A DNA stretch of 64,000 nt from the human T2T-CHM13v2.0 reference genome, Homo sapiens, in assembly GCF_009914755.1 (NCBI RefSeq), contig NC_060931.1; one strand, given 5' to 3'. The stretch's first letter is position 1; each line of letters opens with the position of its first letter. The translations under genes were made by a program, and so were the position numbers. Below are positions 1 through 13,490 of the stretch, piece after piece. Below the pieces are notes generated by a model. The model made no database searches, was not told the DNA's origin, and worked only from the letters and a program-made list of their open reading frames with translations.

Positions 1-452
<452 letters not shown>

Positions 453-571
453 TCAAGGTCACCTCCTGAGTAGGTTGAAAAGACATGGACAGGGACCAAT
501 AGCATCAGCTTCATGTGTCTTATGTCAACTCTTTTAATGAGCTGGTGAGGTTGGCTACATTGCTCCATTGT

Positions 572-700
572 TATAACTGAGAAAAAGCCAGAGAGGTTAG
601 TAACTTACCCTGCTTTATCAGTATAATAAATGATAGAGCAAAAACTCAAACCCACCTATACAGAAATCCAGGACTTTTTGCCTTCCCATTATACTATGCC
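572..700 (-). mobile_element. MIR SINE remnant
   Basis: gagaggttagtaacttaccc...gatagagcaaaaactcaaaccca resembles the antisense MIR core. Confidence 0.6.
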
Positions 701-3419
701 TAATATATAGGAATTAAACAAAGGAAATGTTATAATCTTTTATCAAAGCAAACTGCATCAAAAAAAGCCGAACTCAAAACCTGAAACATTAGATACCTCA
801 AACATGTTATACTCTGCTATCATAGCACAATGACAGCACCTAAATCCAATGGCTGCTGTCTCTATAAGACAATTATTTATAATTTACTGCTTAATATTTT
901 TGAGAAGAAGAATTTGATTTAGATATTAACAGATCTTTTTGAAAGAAAAACAAATGAGGGAACATTAATTTCAAGAATCTGGGTTTGTACAAAAAAAGCT
1001 TAAAAATGCCTATGTTTGTTCATCATACGCACTGAAATGATTTTTATTATTTATTATTCATTTTTAAAGAAATTCGGCACTCTCTAAATGGCTTACTATA
1101 TGATCCTTCCCAAAGTATTTGAAATTTTATGGTATAAGTTAAGGGACCTTTACTTTCTTTCTAAATCCCTGTTATACCTCCTTGTTACTATGGCAATCCA
1201 TCCCAACAACTGTCTTTCTTAAGCTATGTAATTTTTCCTCATTAAATTATTGCACACCCTGCAAAAAATCAACACGGAAACATTAACAATGACCAAGACA
1301 CAGCCATTGATCAATATTGATGCCCAGAACCCAGGCAGACATGATGGAGTGAGAGGTTGTACCTTAATAAATGGCCACTTTGCCTTTTCTGAGCAGTTGT
1401 CATAAAAACACACCTTAGAGGCGTAATTTCTCTTTCCACCAGAACTTTTTATTGCTTGTAATTTAGAGCCACAGTAATTGAGATGTTGAGTGGGGAATTG
1501 GTGACAGAAAGGTGAGAGCTTGGGGAAAGGAAGTTTTGACCCACATGTTAATAACGCATGATCACAGCTTGAGAAAATGGTAGATCCTGTTTTTAATAGC
1601 AGAAAAAAAGAGGCTTGTCTTTGTTGGAGAGTAAAATAGCAGCCCTGGAAACTGGAGGGGAAGGAATGGATTAAAATGAAGACACTGGGACTGTATTTGT
1701 TAAGAAAGTTGTATTGGAACTTGGTAACAATAAAATCTATGCACTTGTTTTAACCTGATACAGGGTCTTTGAATTTTATTTGACATTTCTTCTCTTTTCT
1801 CCAGCTGCTAAAAAGCCAGACCTGTATTTGTCTTCCAAAGTTAACAAATGCGTAAGACATTATGGTATGCATTTCATGATTAATCTCTCCCTTGGATGAA
1901 AATTAATTTCCTACTTTTCTTCCTTCATCCTTTAAATTTTGTTTGGTATTGTGCATACTTCTGGTCTCAAAGCCTTCACAGACCACACAGGATATAAATC
2001 AATCTGTCAATTACATTTTAATGAACATGACAGGCTAATAAAGTGAACTAGACCATCAACCATATCATAAATATATTGCATTATTTTTGACTCTTTTTAT
2101 TTACAAGAAGAGGAGGTCAGAAACGCATTTTTCCTTTTAATGTTCACCTTTGTTTAGTTACCCTTTTCTTATATTTACGTATAAAAAAGTGAGGTTTCAT
2201 TCAGCTTAGAAAATATCTGGCTTTAGGCAAACAACTAGTGTTCCCCATCCCATAAACTGTCAAGAAAGGGTGTGAGAAAATATATTTTACTTCATGATTA
2301 CTGATTTGAAATTGTGAAGACATAGTTCCAGGTTTCACCCCAGATGAAGCTCTCAGCAAATGTAATTCTGACCCATTTCAGACAGTCATAAGAGGATGTG
2401 TGTCATGTACCTGTTCTGTAGACATGGTGAGCGCTGGCTGCTTGCAGGGCCCATGCAACACTGAGCTCCGACCCCTCTCAAAGCTGGGCCACAGTTTTGA
2501 TGGTGTTTCTCTCAGCACTTCAGAGTCCTCCTGACTCCGCGGGATTTTACTCTATGTTTTATTCATCCATATGGTCACAAGACTTGAGGACAGTAGAGCC
2601 TCAAGAAACAGCTGATAAAGGAGTGTGGGGTTTGCCCCCCCAAAAACAGCTCCTCTTTTATTCCTGTGACTGATTCCACATTCTTTCATTTTCCCAGGCC
2701 AGACATCTTTTGCTTTCATTGACCCTCTATCTCATTTGGAAGAGGAAAAATCATGAAGACCTCTGGATTCTTCCTTAGAAATATATTCCACAGCAAATCT
2801 CTCCAGACTTTATTTCATTTAACATTATCTTTATCTGTGGCCTCATCATACTGGGTGCCATATACTGACATAACTTTGGGACTGTCTTAGCTATCTCCAA
2901 CTGTCCCTTTCTTTATGCTATTTGAATATACCTAAAATACGTTTTTTTGTTATGTCTTTTCCCTTATGAATAATTTCTGCCATTTAACATTTAGTATGTC
3001 CTTTTCGGGCATTCAGCTGTCTCTACAATCTGGCTTCACCTCTCACCCACATTCTTTTCACCAGACTCCCTATCCATTGTTGGCCTTCAGAAAATCTGTT
3101 ATTATAGTGCAGATTCTGATTTTACACCTCTTGTTTCTCCTTTGCAGAGGCATGTAAGAATCAGTCTTTAATGTCAACATCTGCACCACCAAGAGCCTAA
3201 AGTTCTTCATTGCTCACATCCATTTAGGTTTTTCATCATGACACCTGAGACTCTAAAATAAATAGTGAAGGAAAGATGGAAGGATACTGGCAAGACATTT
3301 TATTTTACACATGCAATAAAATAAGGATGTGCCAGATTAAAACATAAAGATTAGGATGGACACACCAAGCTCAAAACTGACATTTTCACCCTATTACACC
3401 ATGACTTAAATAAATATTA

Positions 3420-3655
3420 GAATTTTCCTGGGTTCTATCTCATACTGCATTTCTTCTCTCGCTGGACCACACCACACATTTCTTAGTTTCACATATCACT
3501 AATATGCCAGTGACACCCAGGGCTGTGCCTCTTGTGTCTATCTCTCTGCCGTTTGTTGTCCTAACTCTACCTAGATGCCTTCAAACAAGCTCAAATGTTT
3601 TAATTCATTGTAATTTTCACCAAACGGGTTTATCCTCCAGAAATTTCTGTTGAAT
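3420..3655 (+). mobile_element. LINE2 ORF2 remnant
   Basis: Degenerate YADD-like segment aatatgccagtgacacccag followed by ctagatgccttcaaacaagctcaaa; very diverged. Confidence 0.4.
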
Positions 3656-3999
3656 GTTCACCTTGAAGTCTACCTTCTGTAGAAGACTTACAAAAAAGAG
3701 GAAGAATCAGTGGAGAGTAGAGACTCCGAGCAGAAGTATGAGAACAGGAATACCCCAGGCAAGGGGGAGGGCCCATTGTGGTGCTTGGGAAGGACGAGAT
3801 GGTAGCTTTAAGTGGTAAATAAGCATGCTACAAGGCACAAGAGTAATGCACAATAGAATTGAAGTGCAATGGATAAGTTTGAAAATATTCTAAAACAAGG
3901 TGGAAACAAATATTCATATTTAGACTACCTCCCCCTCAAAAGAGTGGAGGAAAGGCAAGAATAGAGGCGAGGGATAGGAAAAGAAGGACAGAAGCAAAA

Positions 4000-5720
4000 T
4001 GTATTGTTGAAAATTTAAAAGGTGATGTATACCAATGATCAACAAATAATGGCCTAGAATCACCTATTGAAATAAAATGAGCAAAACAACTGTCCTCCAG
4101 AAATTCCCAGTTATAATTTATGTGAAAGTAACAGACCTACCACTGAAGGACGGTTGAAAGTAAGGGGTTAAACTTAGAAAATACTAACCACAAGAAAGTT
4201 ATGAAATATAACAATTTTAGACAAAACAAACTTTAATAATAAAAGCATTTTTAGACATTTGGAGGATAAAATGTGTGATAAAAGGTTCAATTTAGCAGGA
4301 AAATGTAACAGTTATCATCTTAAATGCATGGAATAAATTAATATCAAATAAGATAAAGGAAAATAATTGTATCATTACAAGGAAAAATATAAACTACACT
4401 ATCAAATATGGGGGTTGTAATACAACTCTCTTGGCAGTCAAGCATTTAAGCAACATACATACAACTAAATAAGCCATCTGTATAGCATAAACTACATGCT
4501 TTTTATTTTTTTTACACCTACAAGAGAACTCACGTTCTCAAGAACATACACAATTTTCAGTTCGCCATGGTCTTTGCATTACATTTTTTCAGAAATAGAA
4601 TTTGAGATAAATATGTTAGTACCAGTACTTTACTTATGAGGGGAAGGAAACACTGATAAAGAAATGGAAAGTGAGATAGGAAAAGGAAAACTAAAGCACT
4701 GAGTTTTAAAGCAGTTATCAGCAAGAGTAAATGGAGCTTGTTCTTGCTGAGAAATGGACAGCATAAAACATGCATCTGAGTTCTTCCACACAGGGACGAT
4801 GGAGCTGGAAAATTGATAGACTAACTCCCATCAGTCATTGGTTGAGTGCTGTTCCTTGGGGGCTGCAAATTCTGGAACACCTCTTGTTCCAGCTCAGCCA
4901 TTGCACAGGTCATTGCAGAGGCCATGGCCATCGAAAGAAGTTTACAGGCAAGCAGGTGCTGGCAGTTGGAAATCAAGAAAACTGAAGTGGAGAGGAAGAC
5001 GCAATAAGGCTAAACTATCAGCAACGTTTGCTACAACCCCATTCTAGTCAATATAACAAATATAGGCACATTTAAGGAATCTGTTCCATATTGTTTAAAG
5101 TCTCGGGTACAGAGCAACTAAAAAGTATAATAGTAAAGATATTTTAAATCCACATACATTTGAATTTTTTAAAAAAAGTTCTAAATAAATACACATCAAA
5201 AATAAACTCCCAATAAAAATTTAAAGAAATACCCAGAATTGAGAGATAATAAAATTATGTATAGAAACTTAGGAGATGCAGTTATAGAAAGATTTAAAAG
5301 AACATTTACAAAAAATAGCTGAAAGTTAATAAGCTAAGCAACTACATTATAAAGTAGAAGGAGTACAGCAAAATAACCAAAAAAAATCGAAGGAAGAAAA
5401 TAATAACCAAGATGACAGTAGAAATTAACAAAAGAGAAAATACCACAAAAAGGGTCAAGAGAGCCAAATGTTGATAGAAAAACAAAAACTAGTGGAACAG
5501 ATAAATACCTGGGAAGATTGAAGAAAAATAAAATAAAATAAATTATAAATAACTATATTAGAACATTAATTATACATATAATATATAGAGAGCCTATATA
5601 ATTATATATATAATGATGTGTATATATAATGTTTATGTCTCTAACATAGTTCCATATATGTGGAAATTATTCAATACATTTTAAAATTTATATTAAATAT
5701 TTGAATTTCTTTTAGTTTAA
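4000..5720 (+). mobile_element. Ancient L1 (L1M/L1ME-type) ORF2 endonuclease-region remnant, split by LTR33
   Basis: A-rich degenerate ORF2 text (ataaaaggttcaatttagcaggaaaatgtaacagtt; aaacttaggagatgcagttata; gtagaaattaacaaaagagaaaa) on both sides of 4569-5035. Confidence 0.7.
4569..5035 (-). mobile_element. LTR33-like ERVL solo LTR
   Basis: aactcccatcagtcattggttgagtgctgttccttggggg and gaaagtgagataggaaaaggaaa motifs; terminal gtttgctaca. Confidence 0.75.
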
Positions 5721-5929
5721 CATTTGAAGTGCCCCTCAAGTTATAAACTAGTTTTTGGCCACAGGTTTGTACACATAACAAAATAAAACATTGCCTTTGA
5801 GATTAAACATTCCTCTGGAGACACTGATGGCATTTTACATGACGCTACAAAATCAAATGGAACACTGACATTGGTATTACACTTTTAGCTGGATTACAGA
5901 CGTTGGTCAGTTCTATCTTTACATGCAAA

Positions 5930-6245
5930 CTTGTATGTATTATGCTGTGTCCAGTTCTATAGAAAGAAATCATTTTTAGAAAATTTAAAATTAAGTAAAA
6001 TTATGCTCTATATATAAATTTTAAAGATGCTTATGCATATCATAAGTATGTATCATAGAATACGTATTTAAAAACAGATGACAACATAGGTGAGGAGATA
6101 TGCAGTGATAACGAAAGGTCATTTTAATGTTTCAGTTTTTAGATGGGTGGTGAGTTCACGCATTTCATTTTCAATTTATCTTTCTAATTTACGTACATGA
6201 AATATAAATATATCAATTGTTGTGGAATAAAATATTTCATTGCTT
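5930..6245 (+). mobile_element. L1ME-type 3' end remnant
   Basis: tttttagatgggtggtgagttcacgcatttcatt...aataaaatatttcat resembles old L1ME 3' UTR. Confidence 0.55.
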
Positions 6246-6399
6246 GTAGAAATTTGGAGGCTGTTGTTGATCTCCCTAGGACTGTTGCAGAAGGCATTTC
6301 CAAATGCTGACACAGAGATGATAGAGTAAGCATTGCTCTATTGAGTGGATGGGAGGGGAAGAGAGAAAATGTAGGCCTGAGTGGGCATAGCAAGCAAAG

Positions 6400-6950
6400 T
6401 GGCTTTTGTACGAGTTTATGCTTCAGCCTGGGAGCTGTGCACAGTGGATGACACTTGAATGACTAAAGATGGAAGAGACATTCAATGCAGCCACAGGGAA
6501 GGGAGGGAGTCCATGGGCGTCTGATTGATCACTATCAAAGAAGATTAAGGAAGTTTGACCTCCAAATCTTGGTTGGACATTTTTGTGCTTGGGGGAGAGT
6601 TAAGAGAAAAGATCTGAAACATTTTCTCTTAGATGCATTTATGTTTTTACTGGTGCCCTCCAAAGGTCAAGGGTTGAGAGAACAAGAGAGGCTAGGCCGG
6701 ATGTGGAGAGCAGACACGAGTGCAAAATAGCTACAGGGAAGAAGGAGAATAAAAGTCATCTGAGAGCGAATAAAGATTGACTGAAAGCCCAGCTGGGATC
6801 AGATTACACAAGTGTGCCGGGGAGGTTTATTATATTCTTTGAGGGGAGCCTGACAAGAATTGGGTATTAATTAGTCACTGATCTGTATTAAATGATATAT
6901 ATATTTTTCCAGGCTGTGGTGATTTGGAGTGCATGTAGATTGGTAGGAAC
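6400..6950 (-). mobile_element. LINE2 remnant
   Basis: Purine-rich segment with similarity to the L2 piece at 49.4 kb (attttctcttagatgcatttatgtttttac...aaggtcaagggttgagag). Confidence 0.4.
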
Positions 6951-7377
6951 AAGCATCCTACCAGGTCAGTTGACGGAGGACTTTACCTTCCATGGGCATC
7001 ATATGATATGGATTATGAGGACACACTCAACACACCCTCAATTTCAGGGATATTGAAATGCAAATATTTTGATTGAGATAAGAAGATTCTTGGAGGAGCC
7101 CACTTATATACTACCCTGACTGCTCTCCATGCTGTGAAGAGGGTTTTTTAAAAAGAACATCATGATCTGGAGAAAGGCAAGGATTAGGTTTGCTGAGCTC
7201 TACATTGAGAAGATGAAGGAGAGTGAGAGATTGGGTGCTCCCAGACAATAGTTAGTAAAGGAATTAAAAACAGAAGCCAAGAAACTACGAAGAAAGAAAC
7301 TTTGAAATATTCCTTTGATTGAATGCCCATTAAAAAATATGCTCTATGCAAATTTACATCTATATCTGTTTCTAAAT

Positions 7378-7414
7378 CTATGTATGTATGTGTGTATGTA
7401 TGTATGTATGTATG

Positions 7415-7453
<39 letters not shown>

Positions 7454-7460
7454 ATCTATC
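7378..7460. repeat. Compound tetranucleotide STR (TATG)n(TATC)n
   Basis: tatgtatgtatgtgtgtatg...tatgtatctatctatc... Confidence 0.95.
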
Positions 7461-7769
7461 TTATATGTTTTAAATGAATGCTGGCGAGCAAGTTTGATGT
7501 AGAGACTATCCCTGATTTTAAAAGGTGCTTACAGCCCACAGTGGGTGGGGGTGGGGGTGGTGACAGATAGGTAAAGGAACAATTTAATGCTATCAAAAAG
7601 GAGGGACGTATTGCTGGGTATGGGTTGTGGATAAATGTGGCAAACCTCAAGTTCATAAAACATAATAAAATCAACAATAATCACAACGGGTACTATTTCT
7701 GAGCACCTAACTTAAATTAGGTGCTTTACAGTATCATTTCAACCACAATGTTCTTATCTCATTTTGTTG

Positions 7770-7895
7770 AAAGCTGCAAACTCTTTAAGGGCAGGAACTA
7801 GGTATGTTCTGTTTATCAGTCTACACTGGAGACCTACTGTAGTGCCCAGCTCACTGTAAAAATAAATAAATAAATAGATAGATAATAATAATAAA
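7770..7895 (+). mobile_element. LINE2 3' end
   Basis: gctgcaaactctttaagggcaggaactaggtatgttctgtt...gtagtgcccagctcactgt...aataaata. Confidence 0.65.
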
Positions 7896-9439
7896 TAAGG
7901 GAACTGAATCTGTCCACCACATCATGCTGCACTGCTGGTGGGGAGAACTATGTTAAATCCTAGTCAGCCCTCACCAGCCATCCCAGCCTGGAGCAACTGA
8001 GTCTAGTAGGCTGTATTAAGTCCTGTCCCACAGGTTCTGTCCATGGCTTCTCCTCTTTGGCTGGATACTTGAGAGTACCTAATATTCAGCACCTGTCCAA
8101 GCAGGCAGACATTCAGAAGCCAGCTTTCCCATCAGCAGTAGCATTTGTGCTCCAACCTGGGAGCCGTGCACGGTGGATGGCATTTGAATGACCAAGGATG
8201 GAAGAGACACCTGCAAACCCATTTGTGGTGCATATGTCCTTCTTTGAAAGCAAACATGGTAATTTGTGCATTTTAGAGTATATAATATATTTGGAGGCTT
8301 CAAAGGAAAGGGGGCAACTTGGAACACCAAGTAAATGACAAATGTATAGAATCATTTTAAAGGAAATGCATGAATAACCGATTTTTGAAAAATCAGTAAA
8401 TAGCTCTTTCCCCTTCTAATTTTAAAAGTTGGGTTATTCATTTTCCCCAAGACTTTCATTAGCCTTAGCAAATCCGTGCTGTTCAAGCCTCAATTCTTGC
8501 CATAAGTGCTATTCAGAGAACATCTGCGTGTAGCAGCTCTTTCTCTGTTTCCAAGCAGAGCTGCGACACTTGCTGAAAGGGAGCTGCCACACTGTTGTGT
8601 CATCGATAGGCCCAATCAGGCTGCCTCTTTCAGATGTTGAAATAGCATGTTTTCTGTACAAAGCAGATGCTTCCATCATATGGGACTAAATTATCCTAAG
8701 AGGTTGAGGGAAGGGTCTTAGGATGAGCCAAAACAGGAAGCTCTGCAGTAGGCTTCAAATGCTGCTAAATTCTGGCGTTTGTTTATGTTGAAAAGGAAAC
8801 AATGAGAGAATGGGACAGATGATCAGTGGCATAAAATCCCAACCAAAGCTGAGAAAAAGAAAATGAGCTCATAGTTAGGTTTTCTGTAAAATGGCCCTGT
8901 GTGGTTTAGTTAGCAGAGACTCTGGGCTGAAGCTGTGGTCCATGCTCTAAGGGGTCCCCAAAAATGGATCTTGGCAGGTAGATACTCCCTGAGTTTTTAA
9001 CTTAAGTCAAAGTGACTTCGCTACGAAAAGGGTCTACTTCAGTGAAGAAAATTGGGGTCTGGAAATGAAGCTTGGCATAAGCCAGTTGTGGTTAGGGAAT
9101 CTGCTCTGGCCGCAGGGTTGGACTCTGGTAATGGTACTTCCTGTCCAGATTAGGGTGTCAGAATGGGCATCGTGGACTCAGTGGGCTGATGGATCCTGTC
9201 CTGTGGGGGAGTCTTCCAGCAGCTGGGTTTTTGACTCTGAGATTCTTCTAATCTTGGAAATGCTATCATTTTTGACCCTCTATCAGCCTTAAAGAAAGAC
9301 CTCAGCAGGCAATTGTGGCTACAGAAGGCATACTCAGCTTCCATGGAGACAGGACAAGTGGCCAGGGACCCAGCAATGTGTACTGACGTGCAGAGGCTCA
9401 ACAATGTGGTAAACAAGATCTAGCAAAACGAAAAGGCCA

Positions 9440-9640
9440 GAAGCACATTTGTAGAGCACTATAATGAAGTCCTAGGCTACCTCATTCAATTCCTAAAATC
9501 TTCTGAAAGGTAACTATTACTGTGCTAGATTATATAGAAAATATAGAAGCTTATAGTGGTGAAGTAACTTGCCCAAAGTCATGTGCCTAGTAAATGGTTA
9601 AGGCAGAAGGGAGTTTCAGGTGTGGATTATATAGCTTCCA
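9440..9640 (-). mobile_element. MIR SINE
   Basis: ggtgaagtaacttgcccaaagtcatgtgcctagtaaatgg core. Confidence 0.75.
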
Positions 9641-11278
9641 TCTTTAAGCTACATCAAACAACCAAGGTGGGGGTAGGGTTATCAGGTAAGCCTTCAGTAT
9701 TGTAGGGCCCTCAAAACAGACAATCTGTATATCATGGACACAGCAGCACATCTTGGAATCCAAAAACCTTGTGAGCCTGGTTCAGATAGACTGCGAAACC
9801 TGAAGTTCAGCCTGTGAGATCCAACAGTGATGGAAGCGGAAAGGAGTCACTGGCTTGGTTTGGATGCACATGAGCCCATATACAGAAAGGCATTTTTACC
9901 CACCTGGAATACCAGGTGAAGTCCCTGATTAGCCTGGTCCTATGCCCTAGGCAGAGTCGAGAGCTCAGTGCTGCACTTTCTCCAGCGGGATCCAGAATGG
10001 GCCCTGCCTGATGACCCGGAATTTTATCTAGCCCCTTTCACTACAGCACTCAGAATTCAGCCAGGTTAGCTAATGTTCACTCACACTCCTCTCAGATTGT
10101 CCTTCAGTTATAAAAATCAGCATTTGTCAGATGAATTTATTAATGTCTTCCCCAAGTTCAGAAGCTAATTTCTAAATGAATTCCATGACTTTTGCCCTGC
10201 AGAACAGGGAGTGCTTACATGCCAGCTCTCTCAGAAGGTGATCAGGAAGTTTGGGGTGAGAAGACAATCCAGGTAGGATGATTCCTGCAAAATAGAGCTG
10301 CCGTGTTCCTGCATGTTGTGCCTCCAGCCTGTTTAATGCACAGCTATGTGTGAAGAAGGAAGTTAATAAATCTCATTTTGGTATGTTGGGACATCATCAA
10401 CATGCCTGTAGGGTTCTAGGTATATAAGAGAACTCCAACATTTAATTAAACTGCCTGCAAACATTGATTCATCTGTTACCACCTGAATGGATTGGTCAGT
10501 GAATGTCTGGTGCTCCTTCGGAGAACTCTGGAAAATGGATAACTCAGGGGCAGAAATCTGGTGTTAAAGGGCCACAGGGAGAATGGGAATTAATTCTTCC
10601 AGAAATGCCTTAGGGAGGAGCCAACCTACAAATCTTTCATAAGTATGCAAACTTGGGCCAGGATAGTGATATAAGATCTAGTAGGAGGCAAGGGGAGTGT
10701 GAGAACTGTTGGATACTAAATGTGCCTTTGATTCTTAGAAACAGCTGTTTTATGCAGAGATTACTTGAATTTCTCTCCTAAATGTTTGAAAGAAAAACTA
10801 CTGGTTAATTAGGATTATGCTGACTTTGAGTTAATTTTCTGAATAAGTGTTCATCCAAAAAATTTGTTGAGAACATGTAGTAGATGTTCAAAAATGGAAA
10901 CAAAACCACTGGCTAGGGAAATAGCTATAGGAGATCTTGCTCTTTAGTTTTCATGCTTTTATAATTAGGATATTGACTACAGTAATCATCAATGTTCCAA
11001 ACAGACTCAACTTAAGTATCCATCATTATATGAATTAGTTTATTAAACTCGGACATTGAAAAAGAAAGATCAAAATTTAGTTGAGAATGCCTGAATGCAT
11101 CCTCTGAAATGAGGGTGGTATTTTTCAGTAGCATAACTTTGTGAATACTTATTTATGACAAACTCAGTGTCATGCACTTAATTTTCTCATCAGCTTTTGT
11201 TTTTGCACACTCATTTTTGGTATGACTCTTTAACCAGTGCAATCAGGGGAGTAGACCCCATCTTGGTTTATCCTGAAC

Positions 11279-11500
11279 GAGTGGTTCTCAACTTGAGGAA
11301 CTTTGACTCTCTACTGAAAGGACCATTTGGCAATGTCTGCAGACATTTTTGATTGTCACAACTGTGGAGAGAGGATGCTAGTGGACTCTAGTGAGTGGAG
11401 CAGAGACGCTGCTAAACATCCTCTAATGCACAGGACAATCCCCCACAACAAAGAATTATACAATCCAAAATGTTCATTGTGCCAACATTGAGAAACCCTA
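11279..11500. mobile_element. MER20 (hAT-Charlie) DNA transposon fossil
   Basis: agtggttctcaac...catttggcaatgtctgcagacatttttgattgtcacaact...gctgctaaacatcct...ttgagaaaccct. Confidence 0.9.
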
Positions 11501-11507
11501 TCCTGAC

Positions 11508-11760
11508 CGAGGTCTCCACCTTTAGCAAATAAAAAGACAGGACACTTAGTTAAATTTGAATTTGAGATAAACAACAAATAATATGTATGTATTATGTAAC
11601 ATATAAATAATACATTAGTATATATATGTTCAATTGACTATAAAAATGTGGTGCTTAATATGTCCCAAGTTTTTATGAGGTATATTTTTTCTAAAAAAAA
11701 ATATAGTTCATTTGAAATTCAAATTTATTTAGGCATCCTGCATTTTACCTGGCAACCCTA
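11508..11760. mobile_element. MER53 palindromic MITE with AT-rich central insert
   Basis: tttagcaaataaaaagacaggacacttagttaaatttgaatttgagataaacaac...tttgaaattcaaattt...catcctgcattttacctggcaacccta; the two halves are inverted copies. Confidence 0.85.
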
Positions 11761-11919
11761 GATCTATCTCTTGTACAAGAATGTGACCTATTCCATGAAT
11801 TCTAAGCTTTTCTGCAACAGAAGGAAATTTTATTTTGTATGCAGCTTATTGTGCCATTGCATAGGCTTTGTAATAAAGCATGTCTCAATGCAGATTCCAT
11901 TTCTGACCTACTGTACAAT

Positions 11920-12045
11920 CATGGAGAGGTTATTTAATTTCTTTAAGCCTTAGTTACTTCATATATGTTATGGGAATAATTATGACAACCTCATAGGTTT
12001 ATTGCAAAAAGGAAATAAAATAATGTATGTAAAATGACTAGTATT
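11920..12045 (+). mobile_element. MIR SINE
   Basis: gttatttaatttctttaagccttagttacttcat...acctcataggtttattgc. Confidence 0.65.
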
Positions 12046-13029
12046 CATAAAGGATAATTATGATTTTTATTATTGATTTATTATTTTCCTCAGTAATACC
12101 TTGAAGTTCTCTGTCAGCCCAGGTTTTATCAAGATTTTTTTTCTTTGTAATATATTCAGTGGATTTATAGCAGCTTGCTTTACTAGATAACCCAAGAATG
12201 GGTTGAGTTTTATCTTTTCTTGTAATGTTTGTTGAAGTAAAACACAATGATCAAGGGAGCGAATCTTGATTATACTCTTCATCATTTTTCTTTACATAGT
12301 GAACATACTCATGGGTATCATCCAGCTCAAAACGCAGAACGTTGTCAGCCCCCAGAGACTCTACCATGACCTTTTCTATTCATTACACCTCTAAAAATAA
12401 TGAATATCTTTATGTCCATCACTATACATTAGGATTTTTTTTAATTTATGATGAATAGAATTATGTGTTAAGTACCCTTTTGTGTCTGGATTTTCTTTTC
12501 TTTTTTAAAAAATATGTTTTCTTCACATTATGTCTGTGAAATTTGTCATGCTGCATATAGCAGTAGTTTAATCTTTTTGTTTACTGTATGACATTCCGTC
12601 ATGTAAATATGCAAGGCTTTATTCACCTATTCAACTGCTGATGAGCGTTTGGGCAGTTTCCATAGTTTTACTATTGGAAATGGTGCTTTTATTAATATTT
12701 TGTATGAGTTTTGATGCACATACAAATGCATTTACATTGGGCAGAACAGTTGTGATACAAGGCATGCACAATTTTAGGGTTAAGTAGATAGCTATACAAT
12801 TTTGCATACAGAATGCGCTAATTTATGTTCCTACTAAGAGTATCAGAAAATTTCATTGTCCCACATTGTCTCTACAGTTGAGATTGCCACTTTTTATAAA
12901 TGTTAATTCTTATGGTGGGTAGGTAATATTATCACATTGTGGTTTGAATAACATTTTTCTGACAATAATGTTGAGCACCATTTCAAATGCTTATTGGCCA
13001 TAGTAATATAGCGTTTTTTATTATTATTA

Positions 13030-13489
13030 TGCCAGCAAAGCAGGTTCGCCATGCAATGGTTATCATTTCATTCCAAAGCATCATGGGCTGCAATTTCTAC
13101 TCCTTGCACAAGTTCAGGATACTTACAAACACAGGTTACATGCAGTAGATTTATTACCTATAGACAACTAGAAAGAGACAACAGAGGCCTAAGATTCATG
13201 ACAGCCTGATCCCAGAGGCTCAGGAAAGCTGCCAGGACATAGTCTTGTTTGCGCATGCCGCACTTGCACTGTAGCTCAGGAACCTTGGAAACAGTTCTCC
13301 TGTTTGTCAAACATCGCCAGACATCCAATTCTAGGAGAGATTGGAACAGAACTTGGGCTGCTCTGGAGAGCCCCTCTTTATCTCAGAATGTTGCATTGTT
13401 AGCACATTCTATAGTTATTCTTGAGAACTATAGACAAGAAATGAGAGAGAACTGGGATAGTCTAAGGCCACATGGAGATCTGTCTTGCA
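13030..13489 (-). mobile_element. ERVL solo LTR (MER76-like)
   Basis: ttatctcagaatgttgcattgttagcacattctatagttattcttgagaacta...ctaaggcca...ctgtcttgca; TG...CA ends. Confidence 0.65.
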
Positions 13490-13490
13490 C

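Noticed and set aside
3125-3160. Possible 6-nt microexon (tttgcAG|AGGCAT|GTAAGA)
   Set aside because: Weak donor, lies in probable L2-derived pyrimidine-rich sequence, and no host gene context is visible
7541-7562. G-quadruplex-like GGGTGGGGGTGGGGGTGG
   Set aside because: Short and common; nothing indicates function
9610-9692. Strong donor CAG|GTAAGC downstream of an antisense MIR
   Set aside because: No convincing polypyrimidine acceptor upstream
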